Shown one piece after another: positions 13,226 through 22,510 of a stretch of DNA of 64,000 nucleotides. The stretch spans positions 544,001-608,000 of the forward strand of contig CBDCXV010000001.1 of assembly GCA_965223905.1 (NCBI GenBank), written 5' to 3'. The translations under genes and the position numbers were made by a program. The first letter of the stretch is position 1. Each line of letters begins with the position of its first letter. Under the pieces are notes generated by a model. That model was not told where the DNA came from. It did no database searches and worked only from the letters and a program-made list of their open reading frames with translations. This DNA comes from Candidatus Latescibacterota bacterium. GTDB taxonomy: Bacteria; Latescibacterota; UBA2968; UBA8231.

Positions 13226-14146
13226 TTGCCGAGCCTGCGCGACCGCTTTCGCAGCGGTCTTTCCAAAACGCGATCCCTGCTCCTCGACGGCATCACCGCC
13301 GCGATTTCGGGGGGGCCGGTCGACGAAGAATCTCTCGAAGAGATCGAGGCGATCCTGATCCAGGCGGACATCGGCGTCGAGACGGCGACGGATATCGTCG
13401 ACACCCTGCGCGACCGGCTGCGCTCGCAAGGAGGGGCCGGAGAGCTGTTTTCAGAGTTGCGGCAACAGCTCACGGGGATCGCGGCCGGCTCCGGTGAGGG
13501 GACCTGCCCCCCGGCAGTCAGGCCTCACGTCATCCTCGTCGCCGGGGTCAACGGCGCCGGCAAGACGACGACCATCGGCAAGCTTGCGGCGCGCCACAAG
13601 GCCGAAGGCCGTTCGGTGCTGCTGGCGGCCTGCGACACCTTCCGCGCCGCCGCGGTGCCGCAGCTGGAGATATGGGCCGAGCGCTCCGGGGCGGAAATCG
13701 TGCGCTCGCAGCAGGGAGCAGATCCCGCGGCCGTCGCTTTCGACGCCGCCGCGGCGGCCGCGGCGCGCGCGACCGACGTGTTGATCGTCGACACCGCCGG
13801 CCGCCTGCACACCAAGGTCAACCTGATGGAGGAGCTGAAAAAGGTGAAGCGCTCCCTCGGCAGGCAGCTGGCGGGGGCCCCCCACGAAACCCTGCTGGTG
13901 CTGGACGCCACTACCGGCCAGAACGCCCTCGCCCAGGCGCGCGAGTTTCACGGCGCCGTCGGGGTCGACGGGATCGTGATCACCAAGCTCGACGGGACGG
14001 CCAAGGGGGGAATCGTCTTTGCCCTGAGGCGTGAGCTCGGCCTGCCGATCCGAATGATCGGTGTGGGGGAGCAGCTCGAGGATTTGCAGCCGTTCGACGC
14101 CGAAGCCTTCGTGGATGCCCTCCTTCCCGACTCCGCATCGGGGTAG
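13226..14146 (+). CDS. ftsY: Signal recognition particle receptor FtsY (short NG form)
   Basis: GVNGAGKTTTIGK, DTFRAAA, DTAGRL, TKLDGTAKGG, GVGEQLEDL. Confidence 0.98.
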   Translation: MPSLRDRFRSGLSKTRSLLLDGITAAISGGPVDEESLEEIEAILIQADIGVETATDIVDTLRDRLRSQGGAGELFSELRQQLTGIAAGSGEGTCPPAVRPHVILVAGVNGAGKTTTIGKLAARHKAEGRSVLLAACDTFRAAAVPQLEIWAERSGAEIVRSQQGADPAAVAFDAAAAAAARATDVLIVDTAGRLHTKVNLMEELKKVKRSLGRQLAGAPHETLLVLDATTGQNALAQAREFHGAVGVDGIVITKLDGTAKGGIVFALRRELGLPIRMIGVGEQLEDLQPFDAEAFVDALLPDSASG

Positions 14147-14410
14147 TTTCCTGCCCGCACTCAGCGCGTGAACCCGGCCCCGGGCTGGATTGGATGGAGA
14201 TTGCAGTTCATCCACCAGGCCGTGCGTGCGGATTTTCTCTCCAAGTCTGGATCTTGCGGCTTTTCCCTGGTTCGCCGCGCACCCCCGGCAATGACTCGAC
14301 CAGGGCCCGAGGAACCGGGCCGCTTGGGGGGAGGATTTGGGCGATCAATACCCGCGACAGGACCCCGGTAAGCCGGCGACTCGGGGCTCCCTGTCCGCAG
14401 CCAAAAGGCG

Positions 14411-15607
14411 CTATTCCTGCTGCCGGGGATCGCGACAACTGCTCAGCGCCTCGGCGAGTTCCTCCCTGACGCCGGCGTCCTCCTCTTCAGCCAGGGAGTC
14501 CTGCAAGGCGCTCTCCGCTTCGGGGCCGCGCAGCTGTCCCAGGGCCCAGGCGACGTGTCCGCGCACCAGGGGCTCTTCGTGCTTCAGCGCCGGAATCAGT
14601 ACCCCGACCGCCTCGGGCCGGCCCGAGTTGCCCAGGGCGACGGCGACGTTGCGCAGGAATCCGGCTCGCTTGGGCCTCTTGACCGCGCTGTTCCTGAAAA
14701 GGCGGTTGAACCCCTCCGCGTCGAGCTTCATCAGCTCCTCCAGGTCGGGCGGCTCCAGTCCCGGCCGCGATGCGAAGGCGGTCTCGCCAGCCGTGGCCGC
14801 CTTGCTGTTCCACGGGCAGACCTCCTGGCAGATGTCGCATCCGAACAGCCAGTCGCCCATGCCGGGGCGAAGCGCTGCCGGTATGGAGGTTCGCAGCTCG
14901 ATGGTCAGGTAGGAGATGCAGCGGCGGGAATCGAGGACGTACGGTTCCGGGAAGGCATCGGTGGGGCAGGCGTCGAGGCACCGCGTGCAGGTGCCGCAGT
15001 GGTCGACCGCGGGCTCGTCGCACTGGAGCTCCAGGTCGGTGACGATCTCGCCCAGGAAGAACCAGGACCCCCGCCGCTTGTTGATCAGGCAGGTGTTCTT
15101 CCCCCACCACCCCAGGCCGGCGCGCTGTGCCAGCTCCCGCTCGAGCACCGGGGCGGTATCGACGTAGCAGCGGCCCCGGACCGGCCTGCCGGCTTCCTCC
15201 TCGATGAAGCGCCACAGCTCGGCGAGGCGCTTTTTCACCACCTTGTGGTAGTCGTCGCCGCGCGCGTACACCGAGATCCGCCCGCCGAGCCGGGGGGAAT
15301 CGTCCCGTCCTGCGGGTGCGGTCTCCTGCGGGCCTGGGTGGTAGTCCATGCCGACGCAGATGACGCTGGCCGCGCCCGGTACCAGCAGGCCCGGGTCGCC
15401 GCGCTTTTCGCGGTTGCGCTCGAGGTACTCCATCTCCCCGGCGTACCCCAGGGCAACCCAGCGGGCGTAGAAATCGCTGCCGGGAAGCGGCCCGGCCGGG
15501 GTTACCCCGAACAGGTCGAACCCGAGGGAACTGGCGCGATCTCGGATCGACGCGGTCAGCCGCGCCTGCTCATCGCCGGAGCTTTCTGCTGTTGACCTGC
15601 GGCTCAT
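14411..15607 (-). CDS. queG: tRNA epoxyqueuosine reductase QueG
   Basis: YARGDDYH, VDTAPVLER, CGTCTRCLDACPT, RCISYLTIE, GCDICQEVCPWN and a C-terminal HEAT repeat. Confidence 0.97.
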   Translation of the reverse strand: MSRRSTAESSGDEQARLTASIRDRASSLGFDLFGVTPAGPLPGSDFYARWVALGYAGEMEYLERNREKRGDPGLLVPGAASVICVGMDYHPGPQETAPAGRDDSPRLGGRISVYARGDDYHKVVKKRLAELWRFIEEEAGRPVRGRCYVDTAPVLERELAQRAGLGWWGKNTCLINKRRGSWFFLGEIVTDLELQCDEPAVDHCGTCTRCLDACPTDAFPEPYVLDSRRCISYLTIELRTSIPAALRPGMGDWLFGCDICQEVCPWNSKAATAGETAFASRPGLEPPDLEELMKLDAEGFNRLFRNSAVKRPKRAGFLRNVAVALGNSGRPEAVGVLIPALKHEEPLVRGHVAWALGQLRGPEAESALQDSLAEEEDAGVREELAEALSSCRDPRQQE

Positions 15608-15651
15608 GGAATGCTCGACTGCCCCGTTCTGGCCCGGCGAAGGCGGCAGGG

Positions 15652-16968
15652 CTACTGGAACAGCTCGGTGAGGTAGGGAAGGACCAGCCGGTTGAGGTCG
15701 TTGAACGTCACCAGGATCATCAGCCCGAGGATCAGGACCAGGCCGACCTGCTGGCAGAACTCCCTCTTGCGCTGCGACAGCGGCCTCCGCATCACCGCCT
15801 CGAGGGTGAGGAAGACGAGGTGTCCGCCGTCGAGGGCGGGAATCGGCATGAGGTTGAGGATGGCGAGGTTAACGCTCAGCAGGGAGAGAAAAAAGGTGAA
15901 ATGCTCGAGACCCCGTTCCGCGGTATCGTCCGCCATCTTGGCGATCAGGATCGGTCCGCCGAGCTCCTTGTAGCGGTCTTCCTCGAAGATGTTGCCGATA
16001 AAGTCGAGGATGAGACCGGCTGAATTGATCAGGCTGGCGGCGCTCAGGGAGGCCGCCTCCCGGAACGAGACGTCCGCGGTCGACATGTGCGGGCCGATGC
16101 CGATCTGGCCGATGGTGCCCCCTTCCGCGGGACGCGCCTCCGGGGTTATCCGCGTCGCCATATGCTCGCCGTCACGGACCCAGGAGATTTCGATCTCCTC
16201 TTCCGGATGGCGGCTGATCTGCTCCCTCATCTCGTCCCAGGTCCTCACCTCGGCCCCGGCGACGCGGGTGATGCGGTCCCCCTGCTTCAGACCGACGGAT
16301 TCGGCCGGCATTCCCTCCACCACCCCGCCGACCACGGTGGGGTACAGCAGCGACAGCCCGTACGGCATTCCGGAGGACTCTCCCTCCCGCTCGGCTGCCG
16401 TTTCGCGCGGCAGGTCGAAGGCCAGGATGCGGCCGTCGCGCTCGGCGTCGACGGTCACCGCTGCCCCGGCTGCCTTTTCCAGCTCCCGCAGGAGCTCGTG
16501 GTAGTTGGCCACCGGCCGGTCGCCGACGCGGACGATGACGTCGCCGTGGCGCAGCCCGGCGATGGCGGCAGGGGATCCCTCGAGGGGATCGATCGCCGTC
16601 GAATCGACGCTGCCGACGCCGTAGGCCGAGTACATGAAGAAGAAGGCCACGTACGCGAACAGCAGGTTCATCGCCGGACCGGCGGCGATGACGGCCATGC
16701 GGACCCAGATCGGTTTCGAGGGGAATTCCCAGTCTGCTCCCGACGATTTCTCGGCGCCGACATCGGCCATGCCGGCCACCTTCACGTAGCCGCCGAACGG
16801 TATCCACGACAGACAGTAATCGGTCTCCTTCCACCGGAAACCGATCATCCTCGGCGGGTATCCGAGGGAGAAGCGTTCGACGCGGATGCCGGCGCGCTTG
16901 GCGACGAGGAAGTGACCCAGCTCGTGCACGAAAATGAGAATGCCGAGGGCGATCAGGAAGTAGAGCAT
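15652..16968 (-). CDS. rseP: RIP metalloprotease RseP
   Basis: HELGH, IPFGGYVK, AGPAMN, two PDZ domains, NLMPIPALDGG. Confidence 0.97.
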   Translation of the reverse strand: MLYFLIALGILIFVHELGHFLVAKRAGIRVERFSLGYPPRMIGFRWKETDYCLSWIPFGGYVKVAGMADVGAEKSSGADWEFPSKPIWVRMAVIAAGPAMNLLFAYVAFFFMYSAYGVGSVDSTAIDPLEGSPAAIAGLRHGDVIVRVGDRPVANYHELLRELEKAAGAAVTVDAERDGRILAFDLPRETAAEREGESSGMPYGLSLLYPTVVGGVVEGMPAESVGLKQGDRITRVAGAEVRTWDEMREQISRHPEEEIEISWVRDGEHMATRITPEARPAEGGTIGQIGIGPHMSTADVSFREAASLSAASLINSAGLILDFIGNIFEEDRYKELGGPILIAKMADDTAERGLEHFTFFLSLLSVNLAILNLMPIPALDGGHLVFLTLEAVMRRPLSQRKREFCQQVGLVLILGLMILVTFNDLNRLVLPYLTELFQ

Positions 16969-16977
16969 GGCGTCAGG

Positions 16978-17826
16978 TCAGCCGGGCACCGGGGAAGCCA
17001 GTTTCTGCAGGAAGAGGAGGTAGGCGTAGGCGAGAGGAAAGCAGAGAAAATAGGAATCGAAACGGTCGAGGAAACCGCCGTGGCCCGGTATGAGCGCAGG
17101 GGCGTCCTTGACTCCGAAGTCCCGTTTGAGCGCCGACTGCACGAGGTCCCCGATCTGTGCGCTGGCCGCAACCACCAGAAACAGCCCGACCAGCTCCCAG
17201 TGAGAGAAACCCGGAACGAAGGGGTACAACAGGGCCGGCAGCAGCCCTGCCAGCAACCCGGCGACAGCTCCGGTCACGGTCTTGTTCGGGCTTATTCCGG
17301 GAACGAGCCTGCGCCTTCCCCACAGGCGACCGGCGCCGTAGGCCGCGGTATCGGTGATCCACAGGCTGACGAAAATCAGTCCCAGCAGCAGACCGGGCTC
17401 GCCGCTGCGCAGCAGATCGCGGTCGGCGACCATCAGGAGCGGGGCGCTGCCCAGCAGTCCGGTGTAGAGAATCCCGGCCAGGGTCACCGCCGCGCTGACC
17501 GCAAACCCGGTCGTTCCTCCCCGCAACGCCGCGGCGAAAACGATCGCCGCCGCCAGCATCATCCCCAGCGGCAGGTGGGCGGTTCCGGCGAGGTGCAGAA
17601 AGGTGCACAGCCCCAGGCTGAGAAGTATCCCCAACGATTTCAGGGGACGGTACCCGGCGTTGCCCGCCAGGTGGTAGAACTCCCAGCTCGACCTGCCGAC
17701 GATGGCGGCGACCAGCGCGAACAGGGCCCAGCCGCCGGCCCAGGTCAGGGCGAGGATCCCGGGCACCAGGACGCAGGCCGAAGCGGTTCTGCGCGCGAGG
17801 TTCCGCCCGAGACCTGCCATGTGCAT
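16978..17826 (-). CDS. cdsA: Phosphatidate cytidylyltransferase
   Basis: DTAAY..G, ISPNKT, GDLVQSALKR..VKD, IPGHGGFLDRFDS. Confidence 0.95.
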   Translation of the reverse strand: MHMAGLGRNLARRTASACVLVPGILALTWAGGWALFALVAAIVGRSSWEFYHLAGNAGYRPLKSLGILLSLGLCTFLHLAGTAHLPLGMMLAAAIVFAAALRGGTTGFAVSAAVTLAGILYTGLLGSAPLLMVADRDLLRSGEPGLLLGLIFVSLWITDTAAYGAGRLWGRRRLVPGISPNKTVTGAVAGLLAGLLPALLYPFVPGFSHWELVGLFLVVAASAQIGDLVQSALKRDFGVKDAPALIPGHGGFLDRFDSYFLCFPLAYAYLLFLQKLASPVPG

Positions 17827-17841
17827 GACTCCCGGGCATTC

Positions 17842-18612
17842 TCAGGCGCCGCCGAACCGTCGCTGGCGCTGCTGGAAATCGCGGATCGCCCGGTATAGGT
17901 GGTGGCGCCGGAAGTCGGGCCAGTACAGGGGGGTGAACCAGATCTCGGTGTAGATCATCTGCCAGGGGAGGAAGTTGCTCAGCCGCATCTCGCCGCTGCA
18001 GCGAATCAGCAGGTCCGGGTCGGGGATGCCCCCGGTATAGAGGGCGGCGCTGATGTCCTCCTCATTTATGTCGCGGGGGTCGATGACCCCGTCCCGCGCC
18101 CTGGCGGCCAGCGTCCGGCAGGCGTCAACCAGCTCGCCGCGGCCGCCGTAGTTCAGGGCGAGATTGAGCAGCAGGCCGTCGTTCGAGGCGGTGTCCCGCA
18201 GCGCCTTGTCGAGGGCCAGGCGCACCGCCCTCGGCAGGTCGTGGAGGCGGCCGATGGCGTTTAGGCGCACGTTGTTCCGGTGCAGCTCCGGGGTCTCGTC
18301 ACGGAGCGACTCCCGCAGCCACCTCATCAGCGTGGTGACTTCGTTTCTCGGCCGGCTCCAGTTCTCGGTGGAGAAGGTGTAGAGGGTCAGCGCCTCGGTG
18401 CCGAGTTGGCCGCAGGCGCGCACGATGTCGCGAACCGACTCGCGGCCGTGCCGGTGGCCTTCGGTCACAGCCAGATTCTGCTCTTTCGCCCAGCGGCGGT
18501 CGCCGTCCATGATGATGGCGATGTGGCGGGGCAGGTTGCCGTGCTCCTTCAGCTTCGCCTGGACGCGGACGTCCTCTTCGTCGTGCCGCGGATCTGTGAT
18601 CTCTTCTTTCAC
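17842..18612 (-). CDS. uppS: Undecaprenyl diphosphate synthase (cis-prenyltransferase)
   Basis: PRHIAIIMDG, YTFSTENWSRP, ALNYGGR, PDLLIRCSGEMRLSNF, QRRFGG. GTG start at 18612 inferred (ORF extends to 19041). Confidence 0.94.
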   Translation of the reverse strand: MKEEITDPRHDEEDVRVQAKLKEHGNLPRHIAIIMDGDRRWAKEQNLAVTEGHRHGRESVRDIVRACGQLGTEALTLYTFSTENWSRPRNEVTTLMRWLRESLRDETPELHRNNVRLNAIGRLHDLPRAVRLALDKALRDTASNDGLLLNLALNYGGRGELVDACRTLAARARDGVIDPRDINEEDISAALYTGGIPDPDLLIRCSGEMRLSNFLPWQMIYTEIWFTPLYWPDFRRHHLYRAIRDFQQRQRRFGGA

Positions 18613-18682
18613 GAGAGTGAATCGGTGAGTGGGTGGCGAACCGCGGGCCGTGGGGGAAACCGGCGGGCGGGCGAAACAATCC

Positions 18683-18711
18683 AATCTACCGGCTGTGGTT
18701 CCGCCCCGCAA
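18683..18711 (-). promoter_or_regulatory. Putative sigma70 promoter for the uppS operon
   Basis: TTGCGG-17 nt-TAGATT on the minus strand; same -10 hexamer as the promoter at 13011. Confidence 0.5.
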
Positions 18712-18847
18712 TTGAAGGCGGCTGACCACAGTGACGACCGAATGCCCTGTCCTTTTGTTCCTGGGGCGCGGAAGAAACGGGGCGAGGAGCCGGCTTGCGG
18801 TCTGCCGATTCTGCGCGGAGTGCGGCCCGCCGGAACGGGCAGCTTCC

Positions 18848-18876
18848 TTGACACTCGAATACCCCGGGGGGATTGT
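18848..18876 (+). promoter_or_regulatory. Putative promoter of the 5-FTHF cyclo-ligase operon
   Basis: Perfect TTGACA, 17 nt spacer, weak -10 GATTGT, then 7 nt to ATG 18884. Confidence 0.45.
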
Positions 18877-18883
18877 ACCGGCG

Positions 18884-19474
18884 ATGACGGCAGGCGCCCA
18901 AATCGACAAGGCGCGGATGCGGACCGAGTGCCTGCAACGGCGCCGTTCGATGAGTGCGGAGCGGGCTTCCGGGCTCAGCCGCAGGATCGCCGCCCGCGTG
19001 CTCGACCTGGAGGAGGTGTCCGCGGCCGCGGCCATCCACACCTACGTCGGCAGCCTGCCGAACGAAGTGGCGACCCGCGGACTGATCGCCGCCCTGCTCG
19101 GCCTGGGGAAACGGATCGTGGTCCCGGTGGTCGCCGGCGCCGGACGGCCGCTGCTGCACGCCGAGATCGGCAGCCTCGACGAATTGAGACGCGGACCGCT
19201 CGGCATCCTGCAGCCCCCCGCCGGCTCGGAGCTGCCCGCCGTCGACGCCGTCATCGTGCCGGCGGTCGCCTGCGACCGGAAGGGAAACCGCCTCGGCATG
19301 GGGGGCGGCCATTACGACCGGATGTTGCGTCCGCTGCGGGTTCCCGCGGTGGCACTGGTCTACGAAGAGTTCGTCGTCGGCGCCGTGCCGGCCGAGCCGC
19401 ACGATACCCCCGTCGACATGGTGTTGACGGAGGGGAACACCTACCGAACCCGATCGAAAGGAGAAAAGCCGTGA
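18884..19474 (+). CDS. 5-formyltetrahydrofolate cyclo-ligase
   Basis: K..MR N-terminus, NEVAT, GILQP, VPAVACDRKGNRLGMGGGHYDR, EPHD.PVD.VLTE. Confidence 0.93.
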   Translation: MTAGAQIDKARMRTECLQRRRSMSAERASGLSRRIAARVLDLEEVSAAAAIHTYVGSLPNEVATRGLIAALLGLGKRIVVPVVAGAGRPLLHAEIGSLDELRRGPLGILQPPAGSELPAVDAVIVPAVACDRKGNRLGMGGGHYDRMLRPLRVPAVALVYEEFVVGAVPAEPHDTPVDMVLTEGNTYRTRSKGEKP

Positions 19475-19776
19475 TCTACGAGCTGAGGATCTACCGCCTG
19501 CATCCGGGAACGAAGAAGGATTTCCTGCGCGAGTTCCGGAAGGCGCGGAAGTTCATGGAGAAGTACGGCGTCACCTTCGTCGACGCCTGGCAAAACGAGG
19601 ACCGCGAGGACGAGTTCGTCTGGATGCGCTCGTTCGCGAACCACAAGGCCAGGGACAAGGCGATAGAGGCGTACTACAGCTCCCCGGAGTGGATGAAGAT
19701 CGTCGACGCCATTCGCGCCACCATACGGCGGCGCGAGGTGCGCATCATGAAGCAGGTCAGGGCCGCGGGCCGCTGA
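19471..19776 (+). CDS. NIPSNAP family protein
   Basis: GTG start overlapping the upstream stop, SD AAAGGAG; IYELRIY.LHPG and YYSSPEW. Confidence 0.85.
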   Translation: MIYELRIYRLHPGTKKDFLREFRKARKFMEKYGVTFVDAWQNEDREDEFVWMRSFANHKARDKAIEAYYSSPEWMKIVDAIRATIRRREVRIMKQVRAAGR

Positions 19777-19792
19777 CAGCGCCCGGCGATCG

Positions 19793-20827
19793 ATGGGGCG
19801 TTCCCTCGCCATCGGCTCGATCCGCGTTTCCCCGGGGCTGTTGCTGGCGCCGATGGAGGACGTTTCCGACCTGCCGTTTCGCGTCATCTGCAGGCGTCTC
19901 GGGGCCGACATGGTCTACACCGAGTTCGTCAACGCCGAGGGGCTGGTGCGCGAGCTGGAGAGCGGCCGGCGGCGCACCCACGCGAAGCTGAAATTCCTGC
20001 CGGAAGAGCGCCCCTTCGGCATCCAGATCTACGGCGCCTCGGAGCTGTCGATGGAGAAGGCGGCGGAGATCGCCACCGCCGCCGGTCCCGATCTCATCGA
20101 CGTCAACTGCGGCTGCTGGGTGAGCAACGTCGCCCTGCGCGGCGCCGGCGCCGGCCTGCTGCGCGACCTGCCGCGCATGAGGGAGGTGGTGGCGCGCGTG
20201 CAGTCGGCGACCCACCTGCCGGTCACGGTGAAGACGCGGCTCGGCTGGGACGCCGGATCGATCCGCATCGTCGAGGTGGCGCGCATGCTCGAGGATATCG
20301 GCGTGCAGGCGCTGGCCGTGCACTGCCGCACCCGGGCCCAGGGGCACAAGGGGGATGTCGACTACCGCTACATCCCCAGGATCAGGGAGGCGGTCTCCAT
20401 TCCCGTCATTCTCAACGGGGACCTGACGCGGGCGGACGAGGTCGCCGCGGCCTTCGCCGACACCGGGTGCGACGCCGTGATGATCGGCCGCGGCGCCATC
20501 CACCACCCCTGGGTTTTCCGCGAGTCGCGGCATTTCCTCGCCACCGGCCGCCACCTGCCTCCCCCGTCCGGGCGCGAGCGCAGCGAGGTCTGCCTGGAGC
20601 ACCTGCGCCTCGCCGTCAGGGAGCGCGGCGAGCGTCATGCGGTGATCTCCCTGCGCCGCCACTACAGCGGCTACTTCCGCGGCCTGCGCCAGGCCTCGCG
20701 GTTGCGTGCCGAGCTGGCGCAATACCGGGAGGCCGCCGCCGTCGAGGATCGCCTCGAAGAGCTGGCCCGCGTGCTGCCGGGGCCGGATGAGGCTTCCGAG
20801 CCGGCGGTTTCGGTGGCCGCCGTCTGA
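19793..20827 (+). CDS. dusB: tRNA-dihydrouridine synthase (DusB-like)
   Basis: LAPMEDVSD, IDVNCGC, GAGLL, VTVKTRLGW, VHCRT, VMIGRGA. Confidence 0.9.
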   Translation: MGRSLAIGSIRVSPGLLLAPMEDVSDLPFRVICRRLGADMVYTEFVNAEGLVRELESGRRRTHAKLKFLPEERPFGIQIYGASELSMEKAAEIATAAGPDLIDVNCGCWVSNVALRGAGAGLLRDLPRMREVVARVQSATHLPVTVKTRLGWDAGSIRIVEVARMLEDIGVQALAVHCRTRAQGHKGDVDYRYIPRIREAVSIPVILNGDLTRADEVAAAFADTGCDAVMIGRGAIHHPWVFRESRHFLATGRHLPPPSGRERSEVCLEHLRLAVRERGERHAVISLRRHYSGYFRGLRQASRLRAELAQYREAAAVEDRLEELARVLPGPDEASEPAVSVAAV

Positions 20828-20841
20828 CTTCCCCCGCAGCC

Positions 20842-21375
20842 ATGGTGCAGCAGGGGTCCTTCCATCCCGGTGTCGTCCGCTACGTTCCCGAGGTCCCCTT
20901 TCCGCACTACCGCCACCTTCCCGGCGAAACCCCCCACCCGCACAGGGATCCGCAGGGCCACCGCTTCCGCTGCCCCTTCGACGGCGGCGTACCGGACGGG
21001 GTCAACTGGTGCGGCAACAAGGCCTACCTGCTCGGGGTCGACCTCTACAACCACGGCTTCTGGTGGGAAGCCCACGAGCAGTGGGAGCTGCTGTGGCAGG
21101 GCGCCGGGCCGCGGACCGCCGCGGGGCTGTTCCTTCAGGGGCTGATTCAGCTCGCCGCCGCGGCGATAAAGCAGCACCAGGGCAACGAGCGCGGTTTCCG
21201 GCTTCTGTCGGGGCAGGGTCTGCAGAAACTGGAGGAAGTGTCGGACCGCTGCGGGACCCGCTTCATGGGGCTGGATATCGACCGCTTCGCCGCTTCCTGG
21301 CGCACGTTTCGCGGCCAGGGGGTATGTCGCGGCCCCGGCTGCGTCCCCCCGATCCGGCTCGGCCCCAGCGGTTGA
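20842..21375 (+). CDS. DUF309 domain protein
   Basis: GVDLYNHGFWWEAHEQWELLW and FLQGLIQLAAA. Confidence 0.88.
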   Translation: MVQQGSFHPGVVRYVPEVPFPHYRHLPGETPHPHRDPQGHRFRCPFDGGVPDGVNWCGNKAYLLGVDLYNHGFWWEAHEQWELLWQGAGPRTAAGLFLQGLIQLAAAAIKQHQGNERGFRLLSGQGLQKLEEVSDRCGTRFMGLDIDRFAASWRTFRGQGVCRGPGCVPPIRLGPSG

Positions 21376-21470
21376 GACCGAACCGAAATTGGCGCGGAAG
21401 GTCCGGCCGGGATCCGGCTCGACGCCGGTAGCTGACGCCTGCTTCTCCCGGCTCAGCCGCTGGCGCCGGC

Positions 21471-22397
21471 TCAGCCCCCGGAGGCGGGGGACTGGCTCTC
21501 CCGCCACGGTTCGAGCTTGCCGAAGCGGTCGGCGACGGCGTCGAGGAGACTGCGGATTGCGGGGCCGAAGTAGCGCCCCTTTCTCCACGCCAGGCCGATC
21601 TCGCGCTCGAAGCGCAGCTCGGGGGCCGGCACCACGCACAAGGTTCCGGCAGCCAGCGACTCGGCCACCGTCATGCGCGGCAGAAACGAGATCCCCATGC
21701 CCGACTCGACGAGCTTGCGCATCGCTTCCGGCGAGCGCATCTCCATGGCGACCCGCGGCGTGATCCCCAGCTCGGCGAAACGCTCGTCGACGATCCGGCG
21801 CGACACCGACTCGGAGTGAAACAGGATCAGTGGTTCGGCGGCGATCTCGGCGGCGGCCGCGGCGCGGCCGGCCAGCCGGTGGCCGGCGCCGGCGACGAGC
21901 GGCATCTCATCCCGGACGAGGGAGAGCGTCGCTATGCGCGGGTGCTCGAACGGCAGGGTGATAACGGCGAACTCCGAGCGGTTCATCAGCAGGTCCTCCA
22001 CGAGGTAGCGCGAAGAGGCGACCTGCGTCGTCAGCTCGGCCTGGGGATGGGCGTCCCGGTAGGACTGCAGGATCTCGGGAAGCAGGTAGATCACCGCGGC
22101 GTCGATGGCGCCGAAGCGGAACCCCTGTTCGATGAGGGCATCCCCTTTGCGCAGCCGCTCGACCGCTTCGTCGATCAGGTCCTCGATCTGCAGCGCGTAG
22201 GTCAGCAGGGCCCGGCCCTCCAGGGTGAGATCGACTCGACGCCCCGCGCGGTTGAACAACCGCGTCCCGAGGAGTCGTTCCAACTCGGCAATCCCGCTGC
22301 TCACGGTCGGCTGGGTGACGTGGAGGTCCCTGGCCGCCCGGGTGAAACCGCCCGCCCTGGCGATCGCCAGGAAATAGCGGAGGTGGTGGAGGTTCAT
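21471..22397 (-). CDS. LysR-family transcriptional regulator
   Basis: MNLHHLRYF..GGFTRAARDLHVTQPTVS..LE..LG..LFNR HTH followed by a LysR substrate-binding domain; start ATG 22397. Confidence 0.95.
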   Translation of the reverse strand: MNLHHLRYFLAIARAGGFTRAARDLHVTQPTVSSGIAELERLLGTRLFNRAGRRVDLTLEGRALLTYALQIEDLIDEAVERLRKGDALIEQGFRFGAIDAAVIYLLPEILQSYRDAHPQAELTTQVASSRYLVEDLLMNRSEFAVITLPFEHPRIATLSLVRDEMPLVAGAGHRLAGRAAAAAEIAAEPLILFHSESVSRRIVDERFAELGITPRVAMEMRSPEAMRKLVESGMGISFLPRMTVAESLAAGTLCVVPAPELRFEREIGLAWRKGRYFGPAIRSLLDAVADRFGKLEPWRESQSPASGG

Positions 22398-22412
22398 GGC
22401 GTTGCGGAAGTC

Positions 22413-22458
22413 ATAGAGAAAATCTATCGATAATATAGCCATTATCAATTTGTCTTAT
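22413..22458. promoter_or_regulatory. Two LysR-type T-N11-A boxes in the divergent lysR/ino1 intergenic region
   Basis: ATAG-N7-CTAT palindrome (22413-22427) and ATCA-N7-TTAT (22444-22458), 31 bp apart, in an AT-rich patch. Confidence 0.7.
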
Positions 22459-22510
22459 GATCGGCGTTCCGTAGGTTCGAAGCAGCCAACGAACCCAGGA
22501 GGACCGACGT

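Noticed and set aside
14150-14410. SRP RNA next to ftsY; hairpin near 14356-14395
   Set aside because: The helix-8 motif (AGG..GNRA..AGCAG) is absent, and the hairpin lacks a U-tract.
18620-18880. 6S RNA, which often lies upstream of the 5-FTHF cyclo-ligase gene
   Set aside because: No long rod-like self-complementarity with a central bubble was visible; the region is explained by divergent promoters. An Infernal search with the 6S model would settle it.
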